Origin: Nitrosopumilus sp.
GTDB lineage: Archaea > Thermoproteota > Nitrososphaeria > Nitrososphaerales > Nitrosopumilaceae
DNA: 64,000 bases
Direction: 5' to 3'
NCBI GenBank assembly: GCA_965249555.1
Contig: OZ252243.1
Location: 992,001 to 1,056,000 of the forward strand
This document shows positions 9,687 to 19,276 of this stretch, piece by piece. The first letter of the stretch is position 1, and each line of letters starts with the position of its first letter. The notes beneath the pieces are model-generated. The model was not told the DNA's origin and made no database searches. It was given only the letters and a program-made list of their open reading frames with translations. Made by a program: the position numbers and the translations under genes.

Positions 9687-11060
9687 GTGAAAAGGGCACA
9701 ATTGGTTAGAAATAAGAAGAAAGTTGTGATTTTAGGTGGTGGTTTTGCAGGAGTAGAATGCACTAGACAACTAGAATCTGAATTTGGAAACGATCCTGAA
9801 ATAGAACTAGTAATGATAAGTGAAGATAATTTTATGTTATTTACACCAATGTTGCCACAAGTGGCATCAGGAATGATTGAAACCAGACACATAGTTTTTC
9901 CTATTAGAACAATCTGCAAGAAAACAAAGTTCTATGAAGGTAGAATTAAAAATATTGATCCCTATGGAAAACTAGTAACCCTATGGGGAACTGGAGATAA
10001 AAGAAGTATCTCAATTCATTATGATTTCCTGATAGTTGCACTCGGTAGTGAGACAAACTTTTTTGGAATGGCAGATGTGGAAAAAAATGCCTACACCATG
10101 AAGACACTCAATGACGCTGTGATGTTAAGAAATAGAGTTATTGATATGCTTGAACAAGCAGAAAATGAGACTAATCCAATTCTTCGAAAAAGCTTTTTGA
10201 ATTTTGTTGTTGTTGGTGGTGGTTTTGCAGGAATTGAAACTGCAGGTGAATTGATGGATCTACTTTTTGATGCACGAAAATACTACCCAACTACACATAA
10301 AGAAGATCTCAAAGTTATCGTGTTAGAGGCATTGCCATTGATCTTGCCAGGATTTGAACCAAAACTAGCAGAGTTTGCAAAAGAGAAGTTGATAGAGAGA
10401 GGAATTGACATTAGACTAAAAACAGCAGTAACTAGTTTTGATGGAAATGAGGTTACCACAAAATCATTAGATGAGAATCCAAAAGATCCACTAGACACAT
10501 CAGAGATTGATGCAATTAGAACAAAGACTATGATTTGGACTGCTGGGGTAACTCCAGTTAATACAATCAAGAGATCAATGTTCAAAACTGACAAGGGCAA
10601 AGTCATAGTTAATGACTATCTTGAAGTTCAAGACTTTCCGGGAGTTTTTGCAATAGGAGATTGTGCATTATTTTTAGATCCGAAAACAAAAAGGCCATAT
10701 CCTCCAACTGCACAAATTGCAGAAGCTCAAGCAAAAACTGCAGCTAAAAACTTAAAGGCATTAATTAAAAATTCGCAAAAAGAAAAATTTGAATATAATT
10801 CCAAGGGTCAAATGGCAATTATTGGAAAGAGATCAGGAATTGCCACATTTTTGGGAATGAATATCTCTGGATTTTGGGCATGGTTGATTTGGAGAAATGT
10901 CTATCTTTCAAAAATTCCAACTTTTGATAAAAAATTTAGAGTGTTCCTTGATTGGGCAATAGATTTGTTTTTTGACAGAGACATTTCTAGACTAAAACTA
11001 ATGAAACGTGAAACTGAGAAAGAATACAAGCTGCTTGATGAAGTAGATGATGTTTGGTAA
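9687..11060 (+). CDS. Type II NADH dehydrogenase-like FAD/NAD(P) oxidoreductase
   Basis: Two GGGFAG Rossmann motifs, FTPMLPQVASG, FAIGDCA, PPTAQIA. Confidence 0.9.
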   Translation: MKRAQLVRNKKKVVILGGGFAGVECTRQLESEFGNDPEIELVMISEDNFMLFTPMLPQVASGMIETRHIVFPIRTICKKTKFYEGRIKNIDPYGKLVTLWGTGDKRSISIHYDFLIVALGSETNFFGMADVEKNAYTMKTLNDAVMLRNRVIDMLEQAENETNPILRKSFLNFVVVGGGFAGIETAGELMDLLFDARKYYPTTHKEDLKVIVLEALPLILPGFEPKLAEFAKEKLIERGIDIRLKTAVTSFDGNEVTTKSLDENPKDPLDTSEIDAIRTKTMIWTAGVTPVNTIKRSMFKTDKGKVIVNDYLEVQDFPGVFAIGDCALFLDPKTKRPYPPTAQIAEAQAKTAAKNLKALIKNSQKEKFEYNSKGQMAIIGKRSGIATFLGMNISGFWAWLIWRNVYLSKIPTFDKKFRVFLDWAIDLFFDRDISRLKLMKRETEKEYKLLDEVDDVW

Positions 11061-11071
11061 TCTATACGGGA

Positions 11072-11251
11072 TTATTCTTCAATCTTAAGAGCAGCAGATG
11101 GACATTCCTTTACAACCTTTCTAATTTGGTCTTCAGGTGCACCATCTTGTATGATAACAAATTTTCCATCTTGTTTTGTAAATACTGAAGGAAGATTCTT
11201 GACACATTTTGCTGAATGAATGCAAATGTTTTCATCCCAAGTTACTTTCAT
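11072..11251 (-). CDS. Small divergent 4Fe-4S mono-cluster protein (YjdI/Fer4_19-like), not in ORF track
   Basis: Manual translation, 59 aa: MKVTWDENICIHSAKCVKNLPSVF...VVKECPSAALKIEE. Confidence 0.88.
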   Translation of the reverse strand: MKVTWDENICIHSAKCVKNLPSVFTKQDGKFVIIQDGAPEDQIRKVVKECPSAALKIEE

Positions 11252-11308
11252 TATTGTTTATTCTATATTCAGAGATTTATAGTATTCGAGAGATTTGTAT
11301 AATACAAA

Positions 11309-12847
11309 TTAGATATATTTTCTAATTCCAATAATCACACTAGCTGGAATCCCAATATACATTCCAAAATTAAGTATGATTAAAGATATTCCATATCCTA
11401 GCACTTTAGTTTCTGAATCCATATCTACATAATTTAAAATTGAAAGAGAACTAATCATTGGAGTAATTCCAAGCTTAACTATCTCTTTGAAAACTGGATT
11501 TTCACGCTCATAATCTGCTATGTATGGACTAAATGAATAATAGAAATCATTGAATGTATTCATGAATGAAACCCCTGATTTTGAGTTTAGTAGTTTGTTA
11601 TCTCTGAGTTCTCTTAATTGTTGTACTTGTGAAGAAAGTTCTGAACCATATGTTGCAGTTGCAATTAAACATCCTCCTCCCTCTTCATTGAGTTCATTCT
11701 TAGAGGAGTCTTTGGATAATATTTCAAAAGAATCAATTGTTTCATCAAATCTTGGAAGTTGAGAATCAAATTCATCTATACCATTAGCATATGCAAGTGT
11801 GTAGAATTTTTCAGTATCATAAATTAAAACTTCTTTAAATTTTATATCAATTTTTTCGTTATTGGATAAAAAGAATCCTTCTGCATTAGTTACATATGCT
11901 TGATAATTATTGATGGTTGTTTTTTCCTGTGAAATTATCTTCAAGTTTTCTGATTCTTTTCCTTCAATTAATTCCTCAGCCTTTTCAGAAATAAGATCAT
12001 CTAGAGTTCTTTGGTTAGTTTGTTGAACTGTTAACGAAATTACAGGATTCATTGCACCGATCTTTGGTCCTACTGCAATTACATCAGGAGAGTTTTGTTG
12101 TATTTTATCAGGTTTCTGCAAGAACCAACCTTCTGGTGCACTAAATGTAGTTTCGAGTTCAGTGCTTTCAAATTTTTGATTACCAGTTGGCGGAGTTACA
12201 GTAGATTGTGTACGTTCAGGATCTGGTAATTCAAGAAGGTTTGACACCTCAGAGCGAGGAACAGTTGTGACCTTTGTTATTTTGACTTGTTCTGTGTCTA
12301 TGGGTATATCACTAGATCCTATTTCAACTGCTGCAATTTTATCAAGTGTTTCAAAACTTTCATCAGTTACAATTCTACCAAATACTGTATACTTTTCATC
12401 AAGGAAGTTAGAATCTTTGTGAACTATGAAAAATTGAGAACCAGCACTATTTGGATCAGCTGATCTTGCCATTGAAACAATTCCACGATTGTGTTTGATT
12501 GTGTTAAATTCAGCATCTACTCTTTCTGTTGGACCTCCTTGTCCCCAAGTACTTGGATCACCGTCTATTGTATTTGGATCACCTCCCTGAATCATAAATC
12601 CTGGAATTATTCGATGAAAGACAGTTCCATCATAAAATCCAGATACAGATAATTTAATAAAATTTTCAACATGATTTGGTGCATCATTATTGAAAAATTC
12701 TATTGTAATATTTCCAAGGTTAGTCTCTAAAATGACTACAGGATCAAGTATTTGAGTTTGAGTGATCTCAACTGATTGTGCAAATGCTTGATTTCCAACA
12801 CTAACTAAAATTAATGAAATTGTCATTGCCAAAAATATTTTATTCAA
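11309..12847 (-). CDS. Secreted cyclophilin-type PPIase with CFI-box-CTERM domain
   Basis: FHRIIPGFMIQGGDP, SMARSADPNSAGSQFFI; C-terminal GGGCLIATATYGSEL..LRELRD + TM. Confidence 0.92.
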   Translation of the reverse strand: MNKIFLAMTISLILVSVGNQAFAQSVEITQTQILDPVVILETNLGNITIEFFNNDAPNHVENFIKLSVSGFYDGTVFHRIIPGFMIQGGDPNTIDGDPSTWGQGGPTERVDAEFNTIKHNRGIVSMARSADPNSAGSQFFIVHKDSNFLDEKYTVFGRIVTDESFETLDKIAAVEIGSSDIPIDTEQVKITKVTTVPRSEVSNLLELPDPERTQSTVTPPTGNQKFESTELETTFSAPEGWFLQKPDKIQQNSPDVIAVGPKIGAMNPVISLTVQQTNQRTLDDLISEKAEELIEGKESENLKIISQEKTTINNYQAYVTNAEGFFLSNNEKIDIKFKEVLIYDTEKFYTLAYANGIDEFDSQLPRFDETIDSFEILSKDSSKNELNEEGGGCLIATATYGSELSSQVQQLRELRDNKLLNSKSGVSFMNTFNDFYYSFSPYIADYERENPVFKEIVKLGITPMISSLSILNYVDMDSETKVLGYGISLIILNFGMYIGIPASVIIGIRKYI

Positions 12848-12920
12848 CTATTTTTCACAAAGTGCCATACTTAAAAGCCAATTGTATTAGTTTTTAACAA
12901 AGCCAAGTAGATCAATCGAC

Positions 12921-13412
12921 ATGCAATCTGATGAGAAGATTCAAGCACATCTAGTTTCAATATGGAGAGAATCCAAAAAGTTCTTTTCAATTGGTGGAAA
13001 AGAGGGCATGTTAGTATTGACTGACAAACATTTGATGTTTGTATACAAGACAGAAGCCAGAATGAAGTGGTGGAAGGCTATTACTCAAAGACAGGTAATT
13101 AATTTTATCAAATCAAAAAACACGATGATTTATCATGATGGTTATGGTGAAGAAGAATTAATGGATGATTTAGAAAATGAGAAAAATATAGAGTTAGCAT
13201 TTGATGATATTTCCAATATTAGTTTTGAAGAAAAGATTTGGGGAAGCGCATTACTATTAGAATATGAAAAAGATGGAAAACAAGAAAAATTTCAATATGC
13301 AATAGCACAAGATTGGGTAAAATATCCTGTAAAAGAGCCTACAAAATTCATGAAGGTAGACTGGGAGCCTTTTGTGCAATATATTAAAGACAGACAAAGA
13401 TTTACGAAGTAA
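12921..13412 (+). CDS. Hypothetical protein (PH-fold-like)
   Basis: 163-aa ORF; GMLVLTDKHLMF. Confidence 0.75.
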   Translation: MQSDEKIQAHLVSIWRESKKFFSIGGKEGMLVLTDKHLMFVYKTEARMKWWKAITQRQVINFIKSKNTMIYHDGYGEEELMDDLENEKNIELAFDDISNISFEEKIWGSALLLEYEKDGKQEKFQYAIAQDWVKYPVKEPTKFMKVDWEPFVQYIKDRQRFTK

Positions 13413-13414
13413 AA

Positions 13415-14131
13415 TTGGGAAAAGTTTATGCTGTTGGTGTCGGGCCAGGTTCATCAAAATATGTAACTGAGATTGTAAAAGAAATTCTTCAGAATTGTGA
13501 TATTGTAATTGGTTACAAATACACACTAAAGACAATAGAGAATCTAATTGAAGGAAAAGAGATCTATGAAGTTACTATGAAAGATCAGGAAGAGTCCTAT
13601 CAAAAAATTCTTCCCAAGCTTGGCAATAAAACATTAGTAATTCCATTTACAGGAGATGTGAATTTTTCTGAATCAGAAGTTGTGGATAGATTAATTGAAA
13701 TTTTTGGTGAAGTTGAAATTATTCCTGGTATTAGTTCAATTCAGGTTGCTGCATCAAGAGCCAAAGTTCCTCTTGATAAATCTAAAATAATTACAATGCA
13801 TGTTACAACTCCGATTGAAGATAAGAAATTAGAATTACAAAAGGCATTGATTGATGGTTTTAGTGTGATTTTAGTTCCAAGACCTTGGCCAAAACAACCA
13901 GACAAGCACTTTATGCCTTCAGAGATAGCAGTTTACCTTCGAGAGCATAATTTTGATACTGCTCAAATGAAGGTACATGTTTTTGAGGCAATAACTACTG
14001 AAAATGAAACCAATTTTGTAGGAACTGTAAAAGATTTGGAAGAAAAAGAGTTTTCTGATTTGTCTGTAATGGTGCTTAATCAGGCAAGTTTGGATTCATA
14101 TATGAATTACAGATGGCAATGGGAAAATTAG
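13415..14131 (+). CDS. cbiE: Precorrin-6Y C5-methyltransferase CbiE
   Basis: VGVGPGS, TGDVNFS, IIPGISSIQVAA, FSDLSVMV tetrapyrrole methylase motifs. Confidence 0.82.
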   Translation: MGKVYAVGVGPGSSKYVTEIVKEILQNCDIVIGYKYTLKTIENLIEGKEIYEVTMKDQEESYQKILPKLGNKTLVIPFTGDVNFSESEVVDRLIEIFGEVEIIPGISSIQVAASRAKVPLDKSKIITMHVTTPIEDKKLELQKALIDGFSVILVPRPWPKQPDKHFMPSEIAVYLREHNFDTAQMKVHVFEAITTENETNFVGTVKDLEEKEFSDLSVMVLNQASLDSYMNYRWQWEN

Positions 14132-14400
14132 TTACCTAAGTTTTCTCCGTCATCAAAAACCAAATTATCTGAACTTGGGAAGACATATGCTACAATTTTC
14201 ATCCATTCATAATCTGGATCATACAGTCTGTAAAATCCCATATCATCAAATGTTATGTTAACTGATTCTCCTGGTGCAATATCTCCAGTTGAAATTCTTC
14301 CATCAGGAGTAAATGGAATATAACGATCACGGTTTTCTTTTCCACTAATAATACTGTGAGATACTTTATCATCATTTACTATTGTAATGGTAATACCTGT
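14128..14400 (-). pseudogene. 5'-truncated cupredoxin-like protein
   Basis: ITIVNDDKVSHSIISG..TGDIAPGESVNITF..G.Y cupredoxin pattern; no N-terminus or signal peptide; 5' boundary approximate. Confidence 0.55.
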
Positions 14401-14429
14401 CGTGTATGATATGTCCCACGCTGGCATGG

Positions 14430-14872
14430 TTATGGTAGAACTACTTTATGGTGATATTTTGATAATAGTTTCTGGGTTTTTTCTTGCTATTGATGTTAAT
14501 CTTTACAAGTTTGTAAGCAACAAAATAAGCTCACATAGAATAATGCAGCTTTGTTCATTTTCAGGAGGAGCGCTTGCTTTAGGAGTTATTTTTGTATTGG
14601 ACATGCCAATAGAAGTTAACTGGGATCAAATGATTCCAATCATTCTTGTTAGCATTCTTGGAGTAGGATTACCTACAATGTTTTTTCTTATTGCAATAAG
14701 ATTAATCGGTCCAGTTAAAACAATTCTTGTTTATTCTACTACATCGGTTTTTGGTTTAGGATTCGCTGCTTTGATATTAGGTGAAGAGTTTTCACATATA
14801 CATGGTATTTCTACAGCAATAGTAATTATAGTAATTTTCTTGTTAAGAAAAAGATTGGCAGCAAGTGAATAG
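14430..14872 (+). pseudogene. 5'-truncated EamA/DMT transporter (C-terminal repeat only)
   Basis: GDILII..., AIRLIGPVKT, FAALILGEEF single EamA repeat; 5' boundary approximate. Confidence 0.6.
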
Positions 14873-14877
14873 AGAAA

Positions 14878-15414
14878 TTATAATCCAGGCATTTCAAGGC
14901 CTTCTTGTTGGGCCAATTCTATCATGAAAAATTCAAGATATCCTCCTGCCAAAAGGAGCGCCACAACAATTCCAATTTCAATGACTGTTGGTTTGAGAAA
15001 TGAAGTAAGGTTGATCTTTTTAATTACTGCCTGAATTAGTATGAAACTTCTAGAGATGCCTATCGAGTATGCAACAATTTCCATCAGTCCAAATGGTGAT
15101 AAGAAAAGAATTGAGAGTGGTGGAATTTCTCCTATTTCAGGAACGGTAGAAACAATTGCGGCAAAAGCAAATCCTGTGGACCAAGCAGCAAAAAGTCCCC
15201 ATGCAACTCCAAACCCAGGAATAAACATGGGTAGTGCAATAGTGGTATTATGTGTGAAAATTCCAAATGCATCAATATCTAAAACAAGTTCTTCAAATTC
15301 AGCCATGAAGGCATTTGCATCTTCTTCACTTACAGAACTCATTGAGCCGATCTGAAATACTGCAGCAAAAATTCCTAAAAATATGAAAAATGTAATTATT
15401 CTAATTTTATTCAT
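14878..15414 (-). CDS. SpoIIM-family membrane protein
   Basis: IFTHN, PFGLMEIVAY, LAGGYLE. Confidence 0.8.
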   Translation of the reverse strand: MNKIRIITFFIFLGIFAAVFQIGSMSSVSEEDANAFMAEFEELVLDIDAFGIFTHNTTIALPMFIPGFGVAWGLFAAWSTGFAFAAIVSTVPEIGEIPPLSILFLSPFGLMEIVAYSIGISRSFILIQAVIKKINLTSFLKPTVIEIGIVVALLLAGGYLEFFMIELAQQEGLEMPGL

Positions 15415-15478
15415 ATTACCTTCTCATTTTGTACAATATTTGAGGGTTAGGTGTTAGGCACAGATTTAATTAAACCAG

Positions 15479-16939
15479 ATGATATTTTTTGATATGAAAA
15501 AGGAGTTAACCTTTGCATTAAACTATGCATTAAACAAAGGATTCCAGATTCATCCAGATGCTTTTAAAATTTTAGAAAATTTTGATGTTAAAAAATTAGA
15601 GAAGATCATAAAAGAGATAGTTAAAGAAAAAACCAAACAAAAATTATTTCAGATCAACCAAGATGATTTAGAGATATATCTTGGAATTAAGGAGGACCTA
15701 ACTCTACAAAGTGAAATTAAAATATTATCTGATCCTACGAAAAAAATAACAACAGGTGAGGGAGTTAAAGGGTATAATGCATTATTTTCAAGTCGTTTTA
15801 ACAAGCTTAAAAGAATAATTTTAGATAGACCAGAATCAAAAAAACTCAAATCTATTGCATCTTTGAAAATCACAAAACAAGAAGGAGATACGTACGTCTG
15901 TGGTCTTATCACTTCAATAATTAGTGAGAGAAATATCTCAAAGTTGACTCTAGAGGACCCATCAGGCTTGTTTGAGGGTATTGTTTTTGATAATGAATTA
16001 CAAAAGACTGCAGGCACTCTTCTAACTGACCAATTTGTAATGGTAAGGATAGGTTTAGGAAAGAATTCTGGATTTATTATAAAGGATATAATTCTGCCAG
16101 ATATTCCAGATCAGGCTATCAACAAATCAGAATCTGAAGTGTATGCAGTCTTTCTTTCAGATCTTCATATTGGAAGTAAGTACTTCATGGAGGAGGAATT
16201 TATGAAATTTGTTTTGTGGTTATCAAGCCCAGATCCAGTTGCAAGAAAAATTCGTTTTGTCTTAATTGGAGGGGATGTAGTTGATGGAGTTGGAATATAT
16301 CCAAATCAGGATAAAGAGTTGGTTTGCCAGACCATTGAAGAGCAATTAAAAAAGACAGTTGGTTTGATTGAAAAGATTCCAAAAAATATCAAGGTCATTA
16401 TAATGCCTGGAAACCATGATCCTGGAAGAAGAGCCCTCCCACAGCCAGCCATACCAAAAAAATACAATTCAAGTTTATGGGAAATGGAAAATGTAGTAAT
16501 GGTTGGAAACCCAGCCGTAGTTTCATTGAACGGGGTAAAGATAATGATGTTTCACGGACAGAGTATTGATGATATTGTAAAGACCACACCTGGTCTAAGT
16601 TATGACAAACCAACAAATGTAATGAAACATCTTCTCAAGGCTAGACATCTAAGTCCAATTTATGGTAGTCAAACACCCATAGCCCCAGAGATGGAGGATC
16701 TTTTGGTAATTGAGGATATTCCAGATATCTTTCATGTAGGTCATGTTCATAGAGCAGAATTGGATATGTATAAGGGAATTTTATTGGTAAATTCGGGTTC
16801 ATGGCAAAAACAAACACCTTTCCAGGCTAGTGTTGGAATGACTCCGAACCCAGGAATTGCACTTATGGTAAATCTAAAAACTTTCCAAGTTCATTATGAA
16901 AATTATAATTTAGAGTTAGATAATATCCTTCAAAGTTAG
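15479..16939 (+). CDS. polD1: DNA polymerase D small subunit DP1
   Basis: SDLHIGS, GDVVDG, PGNHD, FHG, GHVH phosphoesterase motifs; OB fold. Confidence 0.95.
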   Translation: MIFFDMKKELTFALNYALNKGFQIHPDAFKILENFDVKKLEKIIKEIVKEKTKQKLFQINQDDLEIYLGIKEDLTLQSEIKILSDPTKKITTGEGVKGYNALFSSRFNKLKRIILDRPESKKLKSIASLKITKQEGDTYVCGLITSIISERNISKLTLEDPSGLFEGIVFDNELQKTAGTLLTDQFVMVRIGLGKNSGFIIKDIILPDIPDQAINKSESEVYAVFLSDLHIGSKYFMEEEFMKFVLWLSSPDPVARKIRFVLIGGDVVDGVGIYPNQDKELVCQTIEEQLKKTVGLIEKIPKNIKVIIMPGNHDPGRRALPQPAIPKKYNSSLWEMENVVMVGNPAVVSLNGVKIMMFHGQSIDDIVKTTPGLSYDKPTNVMKHLLKARHLSPIYGSQTPIAPEMEDLLVIEDIPDIFHVGHVHRAELDMYKGILLVNSGSWQKQTPFQASVGMTPNPGIALMVNLKTFQVHYENYNLELDNILQS

Positions 16940-18124
16940 ATCGTTTTTGAAGGTCTTTTTTATCATTTCAGATGAGATCGTAAGTTTGTATTTTTTTGTT
17001 CTACCATGAATTCCTTGGTGGACCAGTCTTCCAATAATGATTCCAGATAATTCAATTTCACTCAACATTTGTGTAGTTCTTCTTTGGGTTAGCTCATCCC
17101 GGCCAACTGTCTTGCAGAGATTTTTGTATGATGAGTAAATCTCTCCAGTTGAAGAGCCATTTGCCTTCATAATTGCAAGAATGACTAGTTTTTCATGAAG
17201 GGGATATGATTTTAGCGAGGTTTCCTCTTTGTTTTCTTCAATTTTTAGAGAAGCTTCTCTGACATGTTCAACTGTAACTTTGTTTGATTGTTGTCTTTCA
17301 GCAATCTCTCCTGCGACACGGATCAAATCAATTGCCCTACGAGCATCACCATGTTCTCCTCCTGCAAGTGCCGCACATAGATTTAGGGCAGGATCCTCAA
17401 CAGAATTCTCTACAAAGGCTTCGTTAATTCTCTCTTCAAGAATTGTTTTAATTTGTTCAACATTATAGTTGGTAAAGACAATCTCTTCCTCGCCAAGACT
17501 GCTAATTACTCTAGGATCTAGTCTTTCTTTGAATGTTAGATCATTTGAAATTCCCACCAAAGTTAGGGAACCTTGTTTTAATCGCTCATTTGCTCTTGTT
17601 AGTTGATATAAGATGTCTTTACCTGTTTTTGATACTAATTGGGCTAGATAGTCAATCTCATCAATTACAAAAATTGCGTTAAGTTTTCCTTCATCAATCT
17701 TATTGAGGAGTCTTTTGAAAACCTCACTTATTGCTAGGCCAGTTGTGGGTAATTCCTCCTTTCCTAGGTCTAATTGCCTGCCTAAACTAACTAATAATCC
17801 ATAGAGGGTTGTCTCTTCTTTAGAGTTGGAATAAACTAGTTTAATTGGGAAATTTGATTTTTCTACTCTTTCTTGAATTTTAGAAATTACTTTTTTTACA
17901 ACTAATGTTTTACCTATTCCAGGTTTTCCATAAACCAAAAGATTTGATGGTCTTGATTGTTTTAGTATTGGTAATAGTGATTGTGTAACTTGTTCTTGTT
18001 CAGAAGTTCTGTGTTGTATGGTATTTGGTATGTAGGTTGTTTGAAGAATATCTCTATTTTTTATTATAGATTCACCTGATTCTGCTGCATCAAGTAATCT
18101 ATCTATTGGATCAGACATACTCAC
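16916..18124 (-). CDS. cdc6: Orc1/Cdc6 replication initiator
   Basis: YGKPGIGKT, VIDEID, GDARRAIDL, C-terminal wH GIHGRT. Confidence 0.96.
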   Translation of the reverse strand: MSMSDPIDRLLDAAESGESIIKNRDILQTTYIPNTIQHRTSEQEQVTQSLLPILKQSRPSNLLVYGKPGIGKTLVVKKVISKIQERVEKSNFPIKLVYSNSKEETTLYGLLVSLGRQLDLGKEELPTTGLAISEVFKRLLNKIDEGKLNAIFVIDEIDYLAQLVSKTGKDILYQLTRANERLKQGSLTLVGISNDLTFKERLDPRVISSLGEEEIVFTNYNVEQIKTILEERINEAFVENSVEDPALNLCAALAGGEHGDARRAIDLIRVAGEIAERQQSNKVTVEHVREASLKIEENKEETSLKSYPLHEKLVILAIMKANGSSTGEIYSSYKNLCKTVGRDELTQRRTTQMLSEIELSGIIIGRLVHQGIHGRTKKYKLTISSEMIKKTFKNDLTLKDII

Positions 18125-18265
18125 ACACCTTTGTTTCCTATCAATAATATCATAACCATATCTAAATTAAGAGAGTAAAGAAGAGAACAATAACTCTAGC
18201 TTAGTTTGTAATTAATTATTTTTAGTTAGATTTTGATTTTCTTAAAAAAAAATTATAAAAAATAC

Positions 18266-18289
18266 AGAGTGGAAAGATTGGTGTGTGGG
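18266..18289 (+). promoter_or_regulatory. ORB-like box 1
   Basis: AGAGTGGAAAGATTGGTGTGTGGG. Confidence 0.6.
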
Positions 18290-18365
18290 TTGAATCTAAA
18301 TTTTACCTTAAAGTTAACATTTTGTTAATATCCTGCTATGGAATTATATAAAAAACCTATTTTGA

Positions 18366-18386
18366 CCCTTTAATTTCCATTCCAGG
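18366..18386 (-). promoter_or_regulatory. ORB-like box 2
   Basis: Minus strand CCTGGAATGGAAATTAAAGGG. Confidence 0.75.
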
Positions 18387-18427
18387 CGTTAAGATTGATG
18401 TTAACACTGTGAATATGCTTGAAACAA

Positions 18428-18447
18428 CCCCTTTATTTCCACTCCAA
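18428..18447 (-). promoter_or_regulatory. ORB-like box 3
   Basis: Minus strand TTGGAGTGGAAATAAAGGGG, close to archaeal ORB GTGGAAA-n-AAGGGG. Confidence 0.8.
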
Positions 18448-18608
18448 GCATAAATATTTCTTAATTAGAGGGGATTTTACATGAGATGTTGTTAATAATA
18501 AAAATATGACTAGGCGTGGCTTATGCAGTCAATGTTAACAAACAATCTAGTTAACAAACATTCTCGGATCAATTGAACTGTTAACATCTGATCCTTTAGA
18601 TCTCAAAG

Positions 18609-18995
18609 ATGGCTAAAAAACGTATTCGAATAGATATGGAGGACACAGATGGTGCACGATTTGACATCAAAATAGAAGGTAATGTCACCAGGGAAAAGGT
18701 TCTCAAAATATTTGAAATGATGGACTTGATGAATATTGAGGAAGAACACGAAACAACAAACATGGACTCAGTAGGCTCAAAAATTTGGCATATTGTGGAT
18801 AAATTCTTCCCAATGGGTAAATTTACCTCCACGACTATTCTTGAAAAATACGAAGATGAATTCAACGAACCAGTAAAACTTAGTGTAATATCGACCTATT
18901 TGTCACGTTTTTCATCAAAAGGTAGGATTGATAGGGTTAGAACAGGTCGTGAATGGACCTATCAAACCATTAAGATAAGCCAAAAACAACAATAA
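18609..18995 (+). CDS. Origin-adjacent protein with predicted C-terminal winged helix
   Basis: FTSTTILEKY..LSVISTYLSRFSSKGRIDRVRTGREWTY wHTH pattern. Confidence 0.8.
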   Translation: MAKKRIRIDMEDTDGARFDIKIEGNVTREKVLKIFEMMDLMNIEEEHETTNMDSVGSKIWHIVDKFFPMGKFTSTTILEKYEDEFNEPVKLSVISTYLSRFSSKGRIDRVRTGREWTYQTIKISQKQQ

Positions 18996-18999
18996 CCGA

Positions 19000-19161
19000 T
19001 TAAGAAATGGTTATTTTCCTAACAATTAACTGATCTTTTCCAAGAATCAACTTTACATATTCACCTTTTTGAATATCCATGTATTTTCTAAATTGTTTTG
19101 GAATAGAAATTGTCCCGGCTGAAGTGATTTTTACCAAAACTTCATTCTCTTGAACAGACAT
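19000..19161 (-). CDS. AbrB/MazE/SpoVT-family DNA-binding protein, not in ORF track
   Basis: Manual translation, 53 aa: MSVQENEVLVKITSAGTISIPKQFRKYMDIQKGEYVKLILGKDQLIVRKITIS. Confidence 0.88.
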   Translation of the reverse strand: MSVQENEVLVKITSAGTISIPKQFRKYMDIQKGEYVKLILGKDQLIVRKITIS

Positions 19162-19276
19162 ATTATTATTATAATTTTATAATATATATAATTTATAATT
19201 AATAATAAATTATTATGTTTCCATGAAAATTTGAATGAAAGGACAAAAATCTATTATGGTAAACTAAAAAAATTTC

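Larger units (their letters stand above)
18313..18586. repeat. Dispersed GTTAACA motif x5
   Basis: Copies start at 18313, 18400, 18534, 18550, 18580; GTTAACAAACA directly repeated at 18534 and 18550. Confidence 0.85.
18200..18600. other. Putative chromosomal replication origin (oriC)
   Basis: About 480-bp intergenic region upstream of cdc6 with three ORB-like boxes converging on an AT-rich segment (18290-18365). Confidence 0.8.

Noticed and set aside
11400-11690. DNA similarity to about 48470-48780 as a mobile repeat
   Set aside because: Explained by the shared CFI-box-CTERM domain typical of this lineage
19000-19161. AbrB gene as antitoxin of a TA pair
   Set aside because: No PIN, MazF or RelE toxin gene adjacent
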